NCBI RefSeq assembly: GCF_001465295.1 | Contig: NZ_CP011035.1 | Coordinates: forward strand, 600,001-632,000 | Direction: 5' to 3' | Length of the DNA stretch: 32,000 nucleotides | Source: Pseudoalteromonas translucida KMM 520 | Lineage (GTDB): Bacteria; Pseudomonadota; Gammaproteobacteria; Enterobacterales; Alteromonadaceae | Shown here: positions 7,748 through 16,980 of the stretch, in pieces | Layout: every line of letters begins with the position of its first letter | Numbering within the stretch: position 1 is the stretch's first letter | Position numbers and translations under genes: made by a program | The notes under the pieces: model-generated | The model's input: only the letters and a program-made list of their open reading frames with translations | Database searches by the model: none | Told to the model about the DNA's origin: nothing

Positions 7748-10700
7748 TTATTTAATTCGAGCTTTAAATGGCTGATATTCAATTTTATATATTATGGTAT
7801 AAAGTACTGGCACTACAATTAAAGTTAATATGGTAGCAAAACCTAAACCAAACATAATGGTAACCGCCATTGATTGAAAAAACACATCAAATAACAGGGG
7901 AATCATCCCCAATATAGTAGTAATTGCAGCCATAGCAACAGGGCGTACACGGCTTACTCCTGAATCGAATACTGCCTGGTATGGCGCTTTACCTTCAGAT
8001 AATTCAAGATTTATTTGATCCACGAGTACTATGCCATTTTTTATTAACATACCGCTTAAGCTTAGTAATCCTAGTAATGCCATAAAGCTAAATGGCGCGT
8101 TCATGACCAATAGCCCAGCGCTTACCCCAATAATTGCCAGTGGTACAGTAGCCCAAATAACTAAAGGCTGCTTAACAGAGTTAAACAGCAATACTGTAAT
8201 TGCAAACATAGCCAAGTAACCAATTGGCAATGAGCCAAAAATAGCTTTTTTAGCTTTACTCGATGACTCGTATTCGCCACCCCACTGCATTTCGTAACCG
8301 CGTGGCAGCTCAATGTTTTCGATATCGGTGCGAATACGTGCAAATAGTTTAGCCGGCGTTTCGTCACTTAATACATCATGATCAGCCATAACGGTAATAG
8401 TACGCTTACGATCGCGGCGCATAATTAAGCTGTCTTCCCATTCAACCACAAACTCATCAACAACTTGAGTTACCGGTATAAACACTCCCAGTACTGGGCT
8501 AAAAATTTGTAGGTCGTGTACACTTTCTACATTTAAGCGCTCGTTAGCAGGAGAGCGTGCAATAATAGGCAGTAATTGGGTACCATCACGATATACACCC
8601 ACTTGCTTACCCGACAAATTAGTAAGCAACACTTGATCAAGGTCTGATTTACTAATACCTAAACGGCGCGCTTTTTGTTCGTTAAACTGTGGGCGAATCA
8701 TTTTGCTACGTGCCCGCCAATCATCACGAATATTATGCGAACCGGTATCTTGCGCTATGATATGTTTGGCTTGAGCAGATAGTTTTCTTAGTACAACTGG
8801 ATCTGGGCCAGAAAAACGCGCTTCTATTTTTGCATCAGTTGAAGGGCCTATTTCCATAGGTTTAACTTTAAGCTGTGCGGCAACCGGATTGTGCTGTGCG
8901 AAATCTCGTACTTTTTGCATAACAGTGGCAACCGCTTCGCGGTCAGTTACACGAATAATCAACTGCCCGTACGCGGGGTATGATTTTTCAGGTGCATAGG
9001 TAAGCATAAAGCGCGGAGCACCTTGGCCAACAGTACTGGTTATTTCAGTAACGAGCGGGTTTTGCTGTAAAAACGCTTCTAACTTTTTAATCCCCTCAAG
9101 CGTTGAGCGAATATCAGCGCCTTGTTCTTGCCAGTAATCTACATAAAACATTGGCGTATTAGATGCCGGGAAAAATGATTGTTTTACAGCGCCAAAACCA
9201 ACAACAGCACTACACAGCAGTACTAACATTAAAACTAAGGTGCTTTTTCTAAAGCGCATAGCAAGGTTTAAGCTGGCTTTGTAACTGGTAAATATAAAAC
9301 CTTGATATGGGTCGTCATACTCTTGCTCGCCATCAGCGTTTAATTGCGTTTCTTTAAACATTAAATTGGCAAAAAATGGTGTGAGGGTAATGGCAGTGAT
9401 CCAGCTTAATAAAAGGGAGATTAGCAATACCCAAAATAAACTACCGGCAAACTCACCGCTGGCATCGGAGCTTAAACCAATAGGCGCAAATGCAGTAATA
9501 GAAATCACAGTCGCCCCAAGTAATGGCCATTTAGTTTGTTCAACAATATTAATAGAGGCTCTTAGCTTAGTTTGCCCACGTTTTAGGTTAATTAAAATAC
9601 CTTCGGTAACAACAATGGCATTATCAACAAGCATACCAAGTGCGATTATCAGCGCACCTAACGAAATTCTTTGCAAATCAATAGCAAATAACTTCATAAA
9701 AATAAAAGTACCTAAAACGGTAAGCAGTAAAATACCGCCAATTAATAGCCCACTTTTAACTCCCATAAACAGCAGTAGCACTATAATTACAATAGCAATC
9801 GCTTCAACTAGGCTAACAATAAAGCCGTTTACCGATTTTTCTACTTCGTTTGGTTGATTATAAACAGCATTAATTTTAATTCCGTGTGGCCGCTGGTATT
9901 CTAATGACGCAAGATGCACGTCAATGTCGTTACCTATATCAACCACATTAACGCCCGACATAAACGACACGCCAATTAACAATGCTTGTTGTTGGTTGTA
10001 ACGAATAATATTGTTGGGTACTTCGGCATACTCGCGGTAAACCTTAGCTACATCACCTAAATAAATTAGCTCGCTGGCACCCGATTTAGAAATAAGCAGG
10101 GTTTCTAGCTCTTTTACATCTTTAAACTCGCCAGTAGGGTGTAAGCGAATAGACTCACTGCCCACCCTAATTTTACCTGCGTTAGAAACCGTATTTTGCG
10201 ATTGTAATAATTGAAAAATATGACTGGGCGCTATGCCTAATTGAGCAAGTTTTTGCGTAGAAATTTCAACCATTACTTGCGCTTGTTGCTCCCCCGCAAT
10301 AGTTACTTTACTTACGCCTTTAACCAATACTAGTTCGCGTTTAAGGTAGTCTACGTAGTCTTTAAGCTCGTCGTACGAATAGCCGTCGCCAGTTACTGAA
10401 TACATTACGCCGTAAACATCGGCAAAGTCATCAATAATTTTACTGGCGTATACACCACTGGGCAAAGATGGATTGAGGTCGTTAATTTTACGCCGCATTT
10501 CATCCCAAATTTGTCTTAGCTCTTGTTTTCGGTAGTTACTTTTCATTTCTACGGTAATTTGCGACTTACCATTTGATGAAATAGAGGTAACGTAATCAAC
10601 GTAGGGTAATTGTTGAATTGCATTTTCAATAGGAAAAGTAACTTCTTCCTCTACTTGCTGTGGCGACGCGCCAGGATACATGGTGATAACCATAGCTTTT

Positions 10701-10828
10701 TTTAACGTAAATTCAGGGTCTTCTAATTGCCCTAAGTCAAAGTAAGAAACACCACCGCCAATAAGTAGCAATAGGGTAAACATCCAACTAATAACTTTTT
10801 TCTCTATAGATAGTTGTGCAAAGCTCAT
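7748..10828 (-). CDS. RND efflux transporter permease (AcrB/HAE1-like)
   Basis: 1026-aa ORF with typical RND size and 12-TM/two-large-loop layout. N-terminus (SIEKKVISWMFTLLLLIGG, QLEDPEFTLKKAMV) and C-terminal TM bundle resemble the AcrB family. ATG lies 2 nt after the MFP stop. Confidence 0.9.
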   Translation of the reverse strand: MSFAQLSIEKKVISWMFTLLLLIGGGVSYFDLGQLEDPEFTLKKAMVITMYPGASPQQVEEEVTFPIENAIQQLPYVDYVTSISSNGKSQITVEMKSNYRKQELRQIWDEMRRKINDLNPSLPSGVYASKIIDDFADVYGVMYSVTGDGYSYDELKDYVDYLKRELVLVKGVSKVTIAGEQQAQVMVEISTQKLAQLGIAPSHIFQLLQSQNTVSNAGKIRVGSESIRLHPTGEFKDVKELETLLISKSGASELIYLGDVAKVYREYAEVPNNIIRYNQQQALLIGVSFMSGVNVVDIGNDIDVHLASLEYQRPHGIKINAVYNQPNEVEKSVNGFIVSLVEAIAIVIIVLLLFMGVKSGLLIGGILLLTVLGTFIFMKLFAIDLQRISLGALIIALGMLVDNAIVVTEGILINLKRGQTKLRASINIVEQTKWPLLGATVISITAFAPIGLSSDASGEFAGSLFWVLLISLLLSWITAITLTPFFANLMFKETQLNADGEQEYDDPYQGFIFTSYKASLNLAMRFRKSTLVLMLVLLCSAVVGFGAVKQSFFPASNTPMFYVDYWQEQGADIRSTLEGIKKLEAFLQQNPLVTEITSTVGQGAPRFMLTYAPEKSYPAYGQLIIRVTDREAVATVMQKVRDFAQHNPVAAQLKVKPMEIGPSTDAKIEARFSGPDPVVLRKLSAQAKHIIAQDTGSHNIRDDWRARSKMIRPQFNEQKARRLGISKSDLDQVLLTNLSGKQVGVYRDGTQLLPIIARSPANERLNVESVHDLQIFSPVLGVFIPVTQVVDEFVVEWEDSLIMRRDRKRTITVMADHDVLSDETPAKLFARIRTDIENIELPRGYEMQWGGEYESSSKAKKAIFGSLPIGYLAMFAITVLLFNSVKQPLVIWATVPLAIIGVSAGLLVMNAPFSFMALLGLLSLSGMLIKNGIVLVDQINLELSEGKAPYQAVFDSGVSRVRPVAMAAITTILGMIPLLFDVFFQSMAVTIMFGLGFATILTLIVVPVLYTIIYKIEYQPFKARIK

Positions 10829-10830
10829 AA

Positions 10831-11913
10831 TTACAGGCCTCGCTCTTTATTCCATGGGCGTACTTTCATACCTTCTTTTAGTGAATGTACACCGGCAGAA
10901 ACAATTTGCTGTCCTTCTTTAATTCCACTGAGTACTTCAATGCCATCGCGGTGTAATTGCCCCACTTTTACTGCTTGTTTATGTATTTGGCCGGTTTGCT
11001 CGTTATATAGCCATACATAAGCGTTATCACTAATAGATTGCTGCGGATCAGAAAACACTGCCTCGTTGGGCAAAATAGTGTACGCGGTTTGTGATTGCGT
11101 TACTTTACTTAAATCGATAAGTACGCGGCCAGTCATACCGGCAAGTAAGTTAAAGTCTTCTGGCACAGGCAGCGAAAACACAACTTTATACGTTAATGTG
11201 GCAGGATCTGCTTGGGTATCCCACTCTTTAAGTGTGAGTGTGTATTTTTTATCGTGATAGCCGTCAAAAATAACCGTTGGTTGGTATTGAGTTCCTTTAA
11301 TAAAGCGCGCCACAATTCTTTCAGGTACTTGAATTTCAACATCCATTAAATCGCGGGTTTCTAAGCGCAGTATATTTTGCTTTGCTTGTACGCTTTCAAA
11401 GTTTTTTACAAATACTTTAGCAATCGTGCCCGCAAACGGCGCTCTTAGTTGGCTATATTCCACATTTGTTTGTGCAATTTTAAAGGCCGATTCGGCAACT
11501 TGCTTGTTAGCAACAGCCTGATCAAGCTCTGATTGGCTGGTAATGCGTTTTTCGAATAGTTGTTCAATGCGCCCTAATTGTGATTTAGCCAGCTCGTAGC
11601 GGGCTTTACGCTCATTATATTGCAGCTGAAAATCTTCAGGGTCTAACTTAGCTAATAGTTGTCCTTTTTTTACATGCTCACCCGCTAATACCGGAAACTC
11701 AACCAGCTCACCACTTACTCTAAATGCAAGGTAAGAGCCTTGATTTGCAACTACTTCGCCAGGAAAACTGCGAATGTTAATTTGCGAATCGTGACCAATA
11801 TTAAATAACTTTACCGGGCGTATTGGCTCTTCTTTTACTTGCGGCTCAGGCTCAGAGCAGGCTATTAAACCAAGTAAAGTCGTCGTTACTACACATAGAC
11901 GTAAGAGGTGCAT
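10831..11913 (-). CDS. RND efflux periplasmic adaptor (MFP/HlyD family) lipoprotein
   Basis: 360-aa ORF with GGAGA Shine-Dalgarno. Signal peptide with lipobox LGLIAC. Coiled-coil hairpin region (RKARYELAKSQLGRIEQLF...QVAESAFKIAQTN) and RAPFAGTI lipoyl-like motif. Confidence 0.9.
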   Translation of the reverse strand: MHLLRLCVVTTTLLGLIACSEPEPQVKEEPIRPVKLFNIGHDSQINIRSFPGEVVANQGSYLAFRVSGELVEFPVLAGEHVKKGQLLAKLDPEDFQLQYNERKARYELAKSQLGRIEQLFEKRITSQSELDQAVANKQVAESAFKIAQTNVEYSQLRAPFAGTIAKVFVKNFESVQAKQNILRLETRDLMDVEIQVPERIVARFIKGTQYQPTVIFDGYHDKKYTLTLKEWDTQADPATLTYKVVFSLPVPEDFNLLAGMTGRVLIDLSKVTQSQTAYTILPNEAVFSDPQQSISDNAYVWLYNEQTGQIHKQAVKVGQLHRDGIEVLSGIKEGQQIVSAGVHSLKEGMKVRPWNKERGL

Positions 11914-12004
11914 ATTTTCTCCATGAAAATTAAAAGCTAAATAAAGTCAGTGCAGCATACTCCGCAAACATATAAAATAAAATTCATTAAATTTTAGAAA
12001 CTCA

Positions 12005-12019
12005 ATAAGTTTTACTTAT
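12005..12019. promoter_or_regulatory. Candidate LysR-type T-N11-A box (ATAAG-N5-CTTAT)
   Basis: Perfect 5+5 palindrome with T-N11-A spacing in the divergent intergenic region between the MFP gene (start 11913) and the LysR gene (start 12038). AT-rich context, so chance occurrence is possible. Confidence 0.3.
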
Positions 12020-12037
12020 GTTGTTATTAGCAGTGCT

Positions 12038-12940
12038 ATGAAACTCAACCAGCTACAAATATTAGACGCCATTGTACAAAGCGCAAGCTTAAGTGCAGCG
12101 GCAATTAAACTACACAAAACGCAGCCAGCGCTTACGTTAGCTATTAAAAGTTTAGAGACAAAAATAGGCTTTGCGCTACTCGACCGTTCGCAATACCGTT
12201 TACAATTAACCGAAAAAGGGCGGATTTTTCATCGCCAAGCTAAACAACTACTCAATAACAATGAAGAGCTTGCACAACTTGCAAAGGAGCTGGCACTGGG
12301 CAATGAAGCGCAATTTAGAATTTGTTATGAACAAATATGCCATGTGCAAAGCTACAATGAGATCATAAGTAATACTTTTAGAGTATTTAATAGCACTGAG
12401 TTTAGTTTAACCAGTGGTAAACGTTTTATTTCGTTGGAGCAGGTTAATAATGGCCAAGCAGAGCTTGGCATAGGCCCTTGGTTTGACTTGTTTCATGCTA
12501 CCGGCGATTTAGAAAGCTTGCCCATAGGCAAGCTCGACATTGGTATTGTTAGCGCAAAAAATATTATACCCAACACACTTAGTTACAGTGAATTGCAGTC
12601 GTACCCGTGTTTAGCCATGTTTGAAAGCGGCCTGAGTATAGACAGTGATAGATTGTCTTATTCTAAAGGCCCAGCAATGATGAAAATTGACGATATATCG
12701 AGCTTAAAATCGTTTTTATTATCGGGCGCTGGTTGGGCGATGATCAGCTTAGAGCATTGCGCTGAAGAAATTAAATCGGGGTTATTACAAAAAGTCAGCA
12801 TAACTGATCGCGAGCATGAATTTAGCACGCAAATTCGCGTTTTTAGGCAGCACTCTAGCCACCATGGGCCAGTAGCACGTACTATTTGGCAGCAGTTTAC
12901 TCAACTTAGCCAGGCGTATTTGAAAAAACATGGAAATTGA
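12038..12940 (+). CDS. LysR-family transcriptional regulator
   Basis: 300-aa ORF. N-terminal wHTH (LQILDAIVQSASLSAAAIKLHKTQPALTLAIKSLE) plus a LysR substrate-binding-size C-terminus. Divergent from the RND operon. Confidence 0.9.
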   Translation: MKLNQLQILDAIVQSASLSAAAIKLHKTQPALTLAIKSLETKIGFALLDRSQYRLQLTEKGRIFHRQAKQLLNNNEELAQLAKELALGNEAQFRICYEQICHVQSYNEIISNTFRVFNSTEFSLTSGKRFISLEQVNNGQAELGIGPWFDLFHATGDLESLPIGKLDIGIVSAKNIIPNTLSYSELQSYPCLAMFESGLSIDSDRLSYSKGPAMMKIDDISSLKSFLLSGAGWAMISLEHCAEEIKSGLLQKVSITDREHEFSTQIRVFRQHSSHHGPVARTIWQQFTQLSQAYLKKHGN

Positions 12941-13235
12941 TAAAGAAACGCTTATTTATACCGTTATTGGTAGTATTCCTAAAGGGCAAGTTGCAAGTTA
13001 TGGGCAAGTAGCCGCTATTGCGGGGTATCCGCAAAATGCGCGTTTAGTGGGGCGGTTATTAAAGCTAATGCCCAACGACTCAACAATACCTTGGCATAGA
13101 GTAGTAAACAGCCAAGGTAAAATATCGTTTCCAATAGGCAGTAACAAATATAAAGAGCAGCGACAAAAGCTGTTATTAGAAGGTATTGCATTTAAAGATG
13201 AGCGAGTGAATATGCGCGTGTATCAATGGCAGTAG
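12930..13235 (+). CDS. atl: Alkyltransferase-like protein (ATL; MGMT DNA-binding fold lacking the acceptor Cys)
   Basis: 101-aa ORF. SYGQVAAIAGYPQNARLVG helix-turn-helix, then IPWHRVV where Ogt/Ada have PCHRV (Trp replaces the acceptor Cys, as in E. coli YbaZ/eATL). ATG overlaps the LysR 3' end by 11 nt. Confidence 0.8.
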   Translation: MEIDKETLIYTVIGSIPKGQVASYGQVAAIAGYPQNARLVGRLLKLMPNDSTIPWHRVVNSQGKISFPIGSNKYKEQRQKLLLEGIAFKDERVNMRVYQWQ

Positions 13236-13342
13236 TATAATAAGTTTAATTTGCCAGCTGTTTACTTAGCTACTTGCTCAATGAGTGCGGTGTTAAAATA
13301 GTGCGAGCGTTAAAGTGTTTATAACTAAGGGCTTAGCGCACT

Positions 13343-13368
13343 AAAAAGGGCAAGTTAAATACTTGCCC
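13343..13368 (-). terminator. Intrinsic terminator for the symporter/small-ORF unit
   Basis: 8-bp GC-containing stem gggcaagt/acttgccc with a 5-nt loop, followed by TTTTT on the minus strand (aaaaa at 13343-13347 on plus). Confidence 0.7.
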
Positions 13369-13376
13369 TAGTTACT

Positions 13377-13398
13377 GTGTAAAGTGCATGCTTTACAC
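13377..13398 (+). terminator. Perfect 8-bp hairpin, possible plus-strand terminator for lysR-atl
   Basis: gtgtaaag-tgcatg-ctttacac followed by taagtttttgccttttt on plus. Overlaps the stop codon of the minus-strand 43-aa ORF. Lies 140 nt from the atl stop, so the assignment is tentative. Confidence 0.35.
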
Positions 13399-13524
13399 TA
13401 AGTTTTTGCCTTTTTGTTTCGCATTTTTAAGATCTTTAATAAGTGAGCAAAGTAAAATAACAAATACACCAAAGGCAATCACAGGCCAAATTAATACATA
13501 AATAGTAAGTAATGTTGTAGACAT
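13393..13524 (-). CDS. 43-aa single-TM small protein (not in ORF track), possible symporter accessory subunit
   Basis: ATG at 13524 lies 9 nt after the symporter stop, with AAGGA overlapping that stop. Translates to MSTTLLTIYVLIWPVIAFGVFVILLCSLIKDLKNAKQKGKNLV (one TM plus a basic tail). The terminator follows. Confidence 0.55.
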   Translation of the reverse strand: MSTTLLTIYVLIWPVIAFGVFVILLCSLIKDLKNAKQKGKNLV

Positions 13525-13533
13525 AATTTTTCC

Positions 13534-15159
13534 TTATTTATTGTCACTAAATTCAACAACACGTTGCTTAATTAAAGCAAAATCAAACGCGCTTTTGTTG
13601 CTGGTTAAGGTAAGCACTACACAAATAATAGCGCTGGCACCGTAAGCGGTCAGTGAGCTTAGCAATACAATATAGTCGCGTAAAAAACCTAAAGTAAAAA
13701 ACAGTAATATTACGGCTGTTATTGCGCCCAAAATTAACCCAGCAGTGCGGCCAAAAAAGCCAAAACACATTAAGCCAATAACAACACCGCCGCCTACGCT
13801 TGCTATTACTTCAAAAAACAACGCGACAGCGCCAGTTAATTCTAGCCATTCAAAACGTGCGATAATAAAGAGTAAAAACGCACCGGTTACCGCGGCAGTA
13901 AACGCAAGATTTGTCACCTTATCCCAATATAAGCTAGAAATAACCGGAAACACAATTGCGCCCCACAGTGCGCCAACAAAAATTAGCATTGAGAGAATAT
14001 CGAGTTTAAGGCTTGCAAATATAACGCCTAACATGGTGGCAACAACCATAGTAAAGCGGCCAACCCAAAGCATTTTTTTAGGGTTAGGATTGTTTTTACT
14101 TAAGTGTTTACCGTATACGTCGGTCATTATAATTGCCGATAAGGCTGACAAGTCAGAATCGGCGGTAGATGAAAGCGAGCCAATAATCATCACAAATAAT
14201 ACCAACACCATAATAGGCGACAGGTAGGTTGCAGCCATTTGCGGAATTAGGTTATTTAAATCACCGTCTATAGGTTGCACGCCAGCTAGTAACGCCAGTA
14301 AACCCAGCATACCTAAGCCTATAACAATAGAGCCATAACCTATGGTTGCGGTAATAAAACTTGGTTTTATTAAGTCTTCGCGTACAGCAAATAAGCGTTG
14401 GGCAATAGTTTGATTACCAATAGCGTACGCAAGCACCGCAACAAAAAACGGCGCGCCTTGCTCTAAAATGGCAGTAGTTGAGAAAAAGTCAGCTTGTTCT
14501 ATTGTTAAATTACTCATGCCTTGAGTAAATAGGTCGGGGCCGTCGAGCTCAAAAAATAGCATAGGAATAATAACCACAGCGGCGAGCATCATAGCCATTA
14601 GCTGGCCAAAATCGGTAAAAACTGAGGAGCGAAACCCCGACCAAAAAGTGTATATAAGCACGCCAGAGCCTGCAATTAATACCCCTTCGGTAAAGTTCAG
14701 TGGTGATAAAATATCTACCAGCGCACCGGCTGCAGTAAAGTTAACCATTAAACTAATTATACTGCCGACTATGTTTGAAGAGGCTAAAATCATTTGGCTA
14801 GCACTGCCATGCCGCGCATGCATAATTTCGGCTAAGGTACGCGCATTTGGCGCAAGCTCCCTAAAGCGCTTACCAAAGGGGTAAATAAATAAAATCATCA
14901 GTGCGCCCCAAAAACCGTAATGGATTGCCCCCGATAAACCATATTTATACCCCGAACTTGCAGCAGCATAAAACGACGCTGCCCATATCCATGTCGCTGT
15001 CATACTCGCTGCAGACATGCTAAATCCAACTGACCCGTTGGAAACCATATAGCCATCGGCATTTTCTTGTTTTTTGCCAATACTTAGCGTGAATAAAAAG
15101 GTTAAACCATAAAAAGCAAATAAAACCAGCAGTATAGTGCTGGTACTAAACTGAAACAT
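13534..15159 (-). CDS. Sodium:solute symporter family (SSF) transporter, substrate unknown
   Basis: 541-aa ORF with AAGGAG Shine-Dalgarno. About 13-14 hydrophobic segments. SSF-like N-terminal region (GYMVSNGSVGFSMSAASMTATWIWAASFY, GLSGAIHYGFWGAL). Confidence 0.8.
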   Translation of the reverse strand: MFQFSTSTILLVLFAFYGLTFLFTLSIGKKQENADGYMVSNGSVGFSMSAASMTATWIWAASFYAAASSGYKYGLSGAIHYGFWGALMILFIYPFGKRFRELAPNARTLAEIMHARHGSASQMILASSNIVGSIISLMVNFTAAGALVDILSPLNFTEGVLIAGSGVLIYTFWSGFRSSVFTDFGQLMAMMLAAVVIIPMLFFELDGPDLFTQGMSNLTIEQADFFSTTAILEQGAPFFVAVLAYAIGNQTIAQRLFAVREDLIKPSFITATIGYGSIVIGLGMLGLLALLAGVQPIDGDLNNLIPQMAATYLSPIMVLVLFVMIIGSLSSTADSDLSALSAIIMTDVYGKHLSKNNPNPKKMLWVGRFTMVVATMLGVIFASLKLDILSMLIFVGALWGAIVFPVISSLYWDKVTNLAFTAAVTGAFLLFIIARFEWLELTGAVALFFEVIASVGGGVVIGLMCFGFFGRTAGLILGAITAVILLFFTLGFLRDYIVLLSSLTAYGASAIICVVLTLTSNKSAFDFALIKQRVVEFSDNK

Positions 15160-15584
15160 TTTGACTCCTTCGCTGCGTCACTCGTCATTACAATAGGGGT
15201 AATAAGGTGACGGTTATTATTTATTTTACGCAGTTAAAAACGCACGTAAATAATTAGAGGGCTACTAAAAACTTTATAAATTAGCTTAATAAAACTAGTA
15301 GCAAAAAATAGCTGATACGATCATCAGTAAGAAGAATGTAAGCAAAAACGCCCACATAAGAAATTAATGTTAACACAAATGGAGGATGTTATGTGATTTA
15401 GCTTGGTTTACAGTATTAAATGCTGAAATTGGTGCTGCTTAATATTTAATATAAATCAATTTTCCGCTAACGAATAACAACCAACAGGACGGCTATTGAA
15501 TGTAATTACACAGCAAGTTTTTCAGTGATTGGTTAATACAGCAATAGCAACTTAGGCCTTATCGTTATCCTAAAAGGAAGTAAA

Positions 15585-16067
15585 ATGTCGCTCTACCCAT
15601 TTAAAAAATATTCAGCCACAGTGCCCACCCAGTGGGTTGATTTTAACGGCCACATGAATACAAAGTATTATGGTTTAGTTATTTACGATGCGCATATAGA
15701 TTTTACCGAACATCTGGATTTAGGTGAGCGTTACCGTTATGCAAATAACTGCAGTAAAGCATTAGTAGAGAGCCATTGTATTTTTGAAAGAGAGTTGTGC
15801 GAAGGCGATGAAATTGAGGTTGTGTCTTGGCTGTTATACGTTGATGAAAAGCGTATTCATACATTTCATGAAATATACTGCACCAATAAAGGGTATCGCG
15901 CCGCTGCGGGCGAGCACTTAGATTTGCATATTGATTTAGCAACCAGGCGAGTGTCGCCATTTCCAAGTGAGGTACTACAGCGTTTAAAGGTAATAGAGCA
16001 GCAATTTAGCCAACTACCCAAGCCCGCTAAAGTAGGCAGTAAAATTAAAATACCCGGCATAACTTGA
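15585..16067 (+). CDS. Hotdog-fold acyl-CoA thioesterase (4HBT-like)
   Basis: 160-aa ORF with AAGGAAG Shine-Dalgarno. VPTQWVDFNGHMNTKYY is typical of the 4HBT/YbgC-type thioesterase N-terminus (catalytic D/N-x-x-H-region). Confidence 0.7.
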   Translation: MSLYPFKKYSATVPTQWVDFNGHMNTKYYGLVIYDAHIDFTEHLDLGERYRYANNCSKALVESHCIFERELCEGDEIEVVSWLLYVDEKRIHTFHEIYCTNKGYRAAAGEHLDLHIDLATRRVSPFPSEVLQRLKVIEQQFSQLPKPAKVGSKIKIPGIT

Positions 16068-16350
16068 ACCCTAAATAACAAATCTATCTCAAGCAGCTAT
16101 TTTTAGCGCTAACTACGTTGAATTTACTTGCAATAGGCCAGCTATTGACGCGTAAATTCGCATTTTTTTTCACCGAAAACCTCTGGCTAGAAAAAATAAA
16201 TTTAACTATGACTCAATACGTAAGTAAACCTCTTAACCAGAGTTCATGTTACATAATATTATTAGTTATATTTCATGGTGATTTTATTTTAGCGGCAGGC
16301 AGAGTATAAGCTGGCGCTAAAATGAAACACAAACCGGTTAGTTTTTAATG

Positions 16351-16980
16351 TTATTTATTTTTAACCGTTCTTTTTCTAAATATGTTTGGCTGCCAACCCC
16401 AATGCAGTGCGCCCAAACGTAAAAACACGGTAATAAACAAGGAGCCTAAAATACACCATATATAAGACACTTCGAGTAAAAACAACGCTGCATACGTTAA
16501 GCCGCCCGACAGACATGCAGTAGAGTAGAGCTCTTCGCGCATCACTAGTGGAATTTCTCTGCAAATTACATCGCGCATTAACCCGCCAAATATACCGGTA
16601 GTCATACCCATGGTAATGGCAACTATCATGGTAGTGCCTTCAATTAACGACTTTTCAATGCCAACAATATTAAATATAGCCATGCCTAATACATCAACTA
16701 GCAGCATGTAATAATTAGATACGTGCGGTAAATGGCGTATAAACACCACGGCAATAAATATTGCGCCATAGGTGGCGTATAAATAATCGGGCTCTGCAAT
16801 CCAAAACACCGGCTGATTTAATAATATATCGCGCAGTGTTCCGCCGCCAAGCGCAGTAACTGAGCCTACAACTACAACACCAAACCCCCCAATGTTTTTT
16901 TCATGGCCTAATAAGGTGCCCGATATAGCAAAAAAGGCCACGCCAATTAAACTCATAAAATGAAAGTATTCAAACGCCAT
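16351..16980 (-). CDS. UPF0126 / TRIC-like cation channel family membrane protein (YadS/YicG-like)
   Basis: 209-aa ORF. Two internal repeats each carry the glycine-rich motif (ALGGGTLRDILL and GIFGGLMRDVI) characteristic of UPF0126. Confidence 0.8.
   Translation of the reverse strand: MAFEYFHFMSLIGVAFFAISGTLLGHEKNIGGFGVVVVGSVTALGGGTLRDILLNQPVFWIAEPDYLYATYGAIFIAVVFIRHLPHVSNYYMLLVDVLGMAIFNIVGIEKSLIEGTTMIVAITMGMTTGIFGGLMRDVICREIPLVMREELYSTACLSGGLTYAALFLLEVSYIWCILGSLFITVFLRLGALHWGWQPNIFRKRTVKNK

Noticed and set aside
9366-9857. Antisense ORFs inside long genes (e.g. 9366-9857, 5612-6016, 13745-14227, 23018-23359, 4337-4543, 8031-8219)
   Set aside because: These are shadow ORFs on the strand opposite strongly supported CDSs. 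They have Ser/Thr/Ile/Pro-rich mirror-frame composition and no translation signals.
15386-15442. 18-codon leader-peptide-like ORF after GGAGG in the symporter/thioesterase intergenic region
   Set aside because: The ATG directly abuts the GGAGG (zero spacing), the orientation does not fit an obvious leader for either gene, and the peptide has no regulatory codon bias.
16118-16309. 63-aa ORF (TTG start) in the gap between the thioesterase and UPF0126 genes
   Set aside because: It has a non-ATG start without a Shine-Dalgarno, low-complexity AT-driven composition, and no recognisable family.
16105-16320. 9-bp inverted repeat ttttagcgc/gcgctaaaa about 200 bp apart as MITE termini
   Set aside because: The complementarity does not extend beyond 9 bp and I saw no flanking direct repeats.
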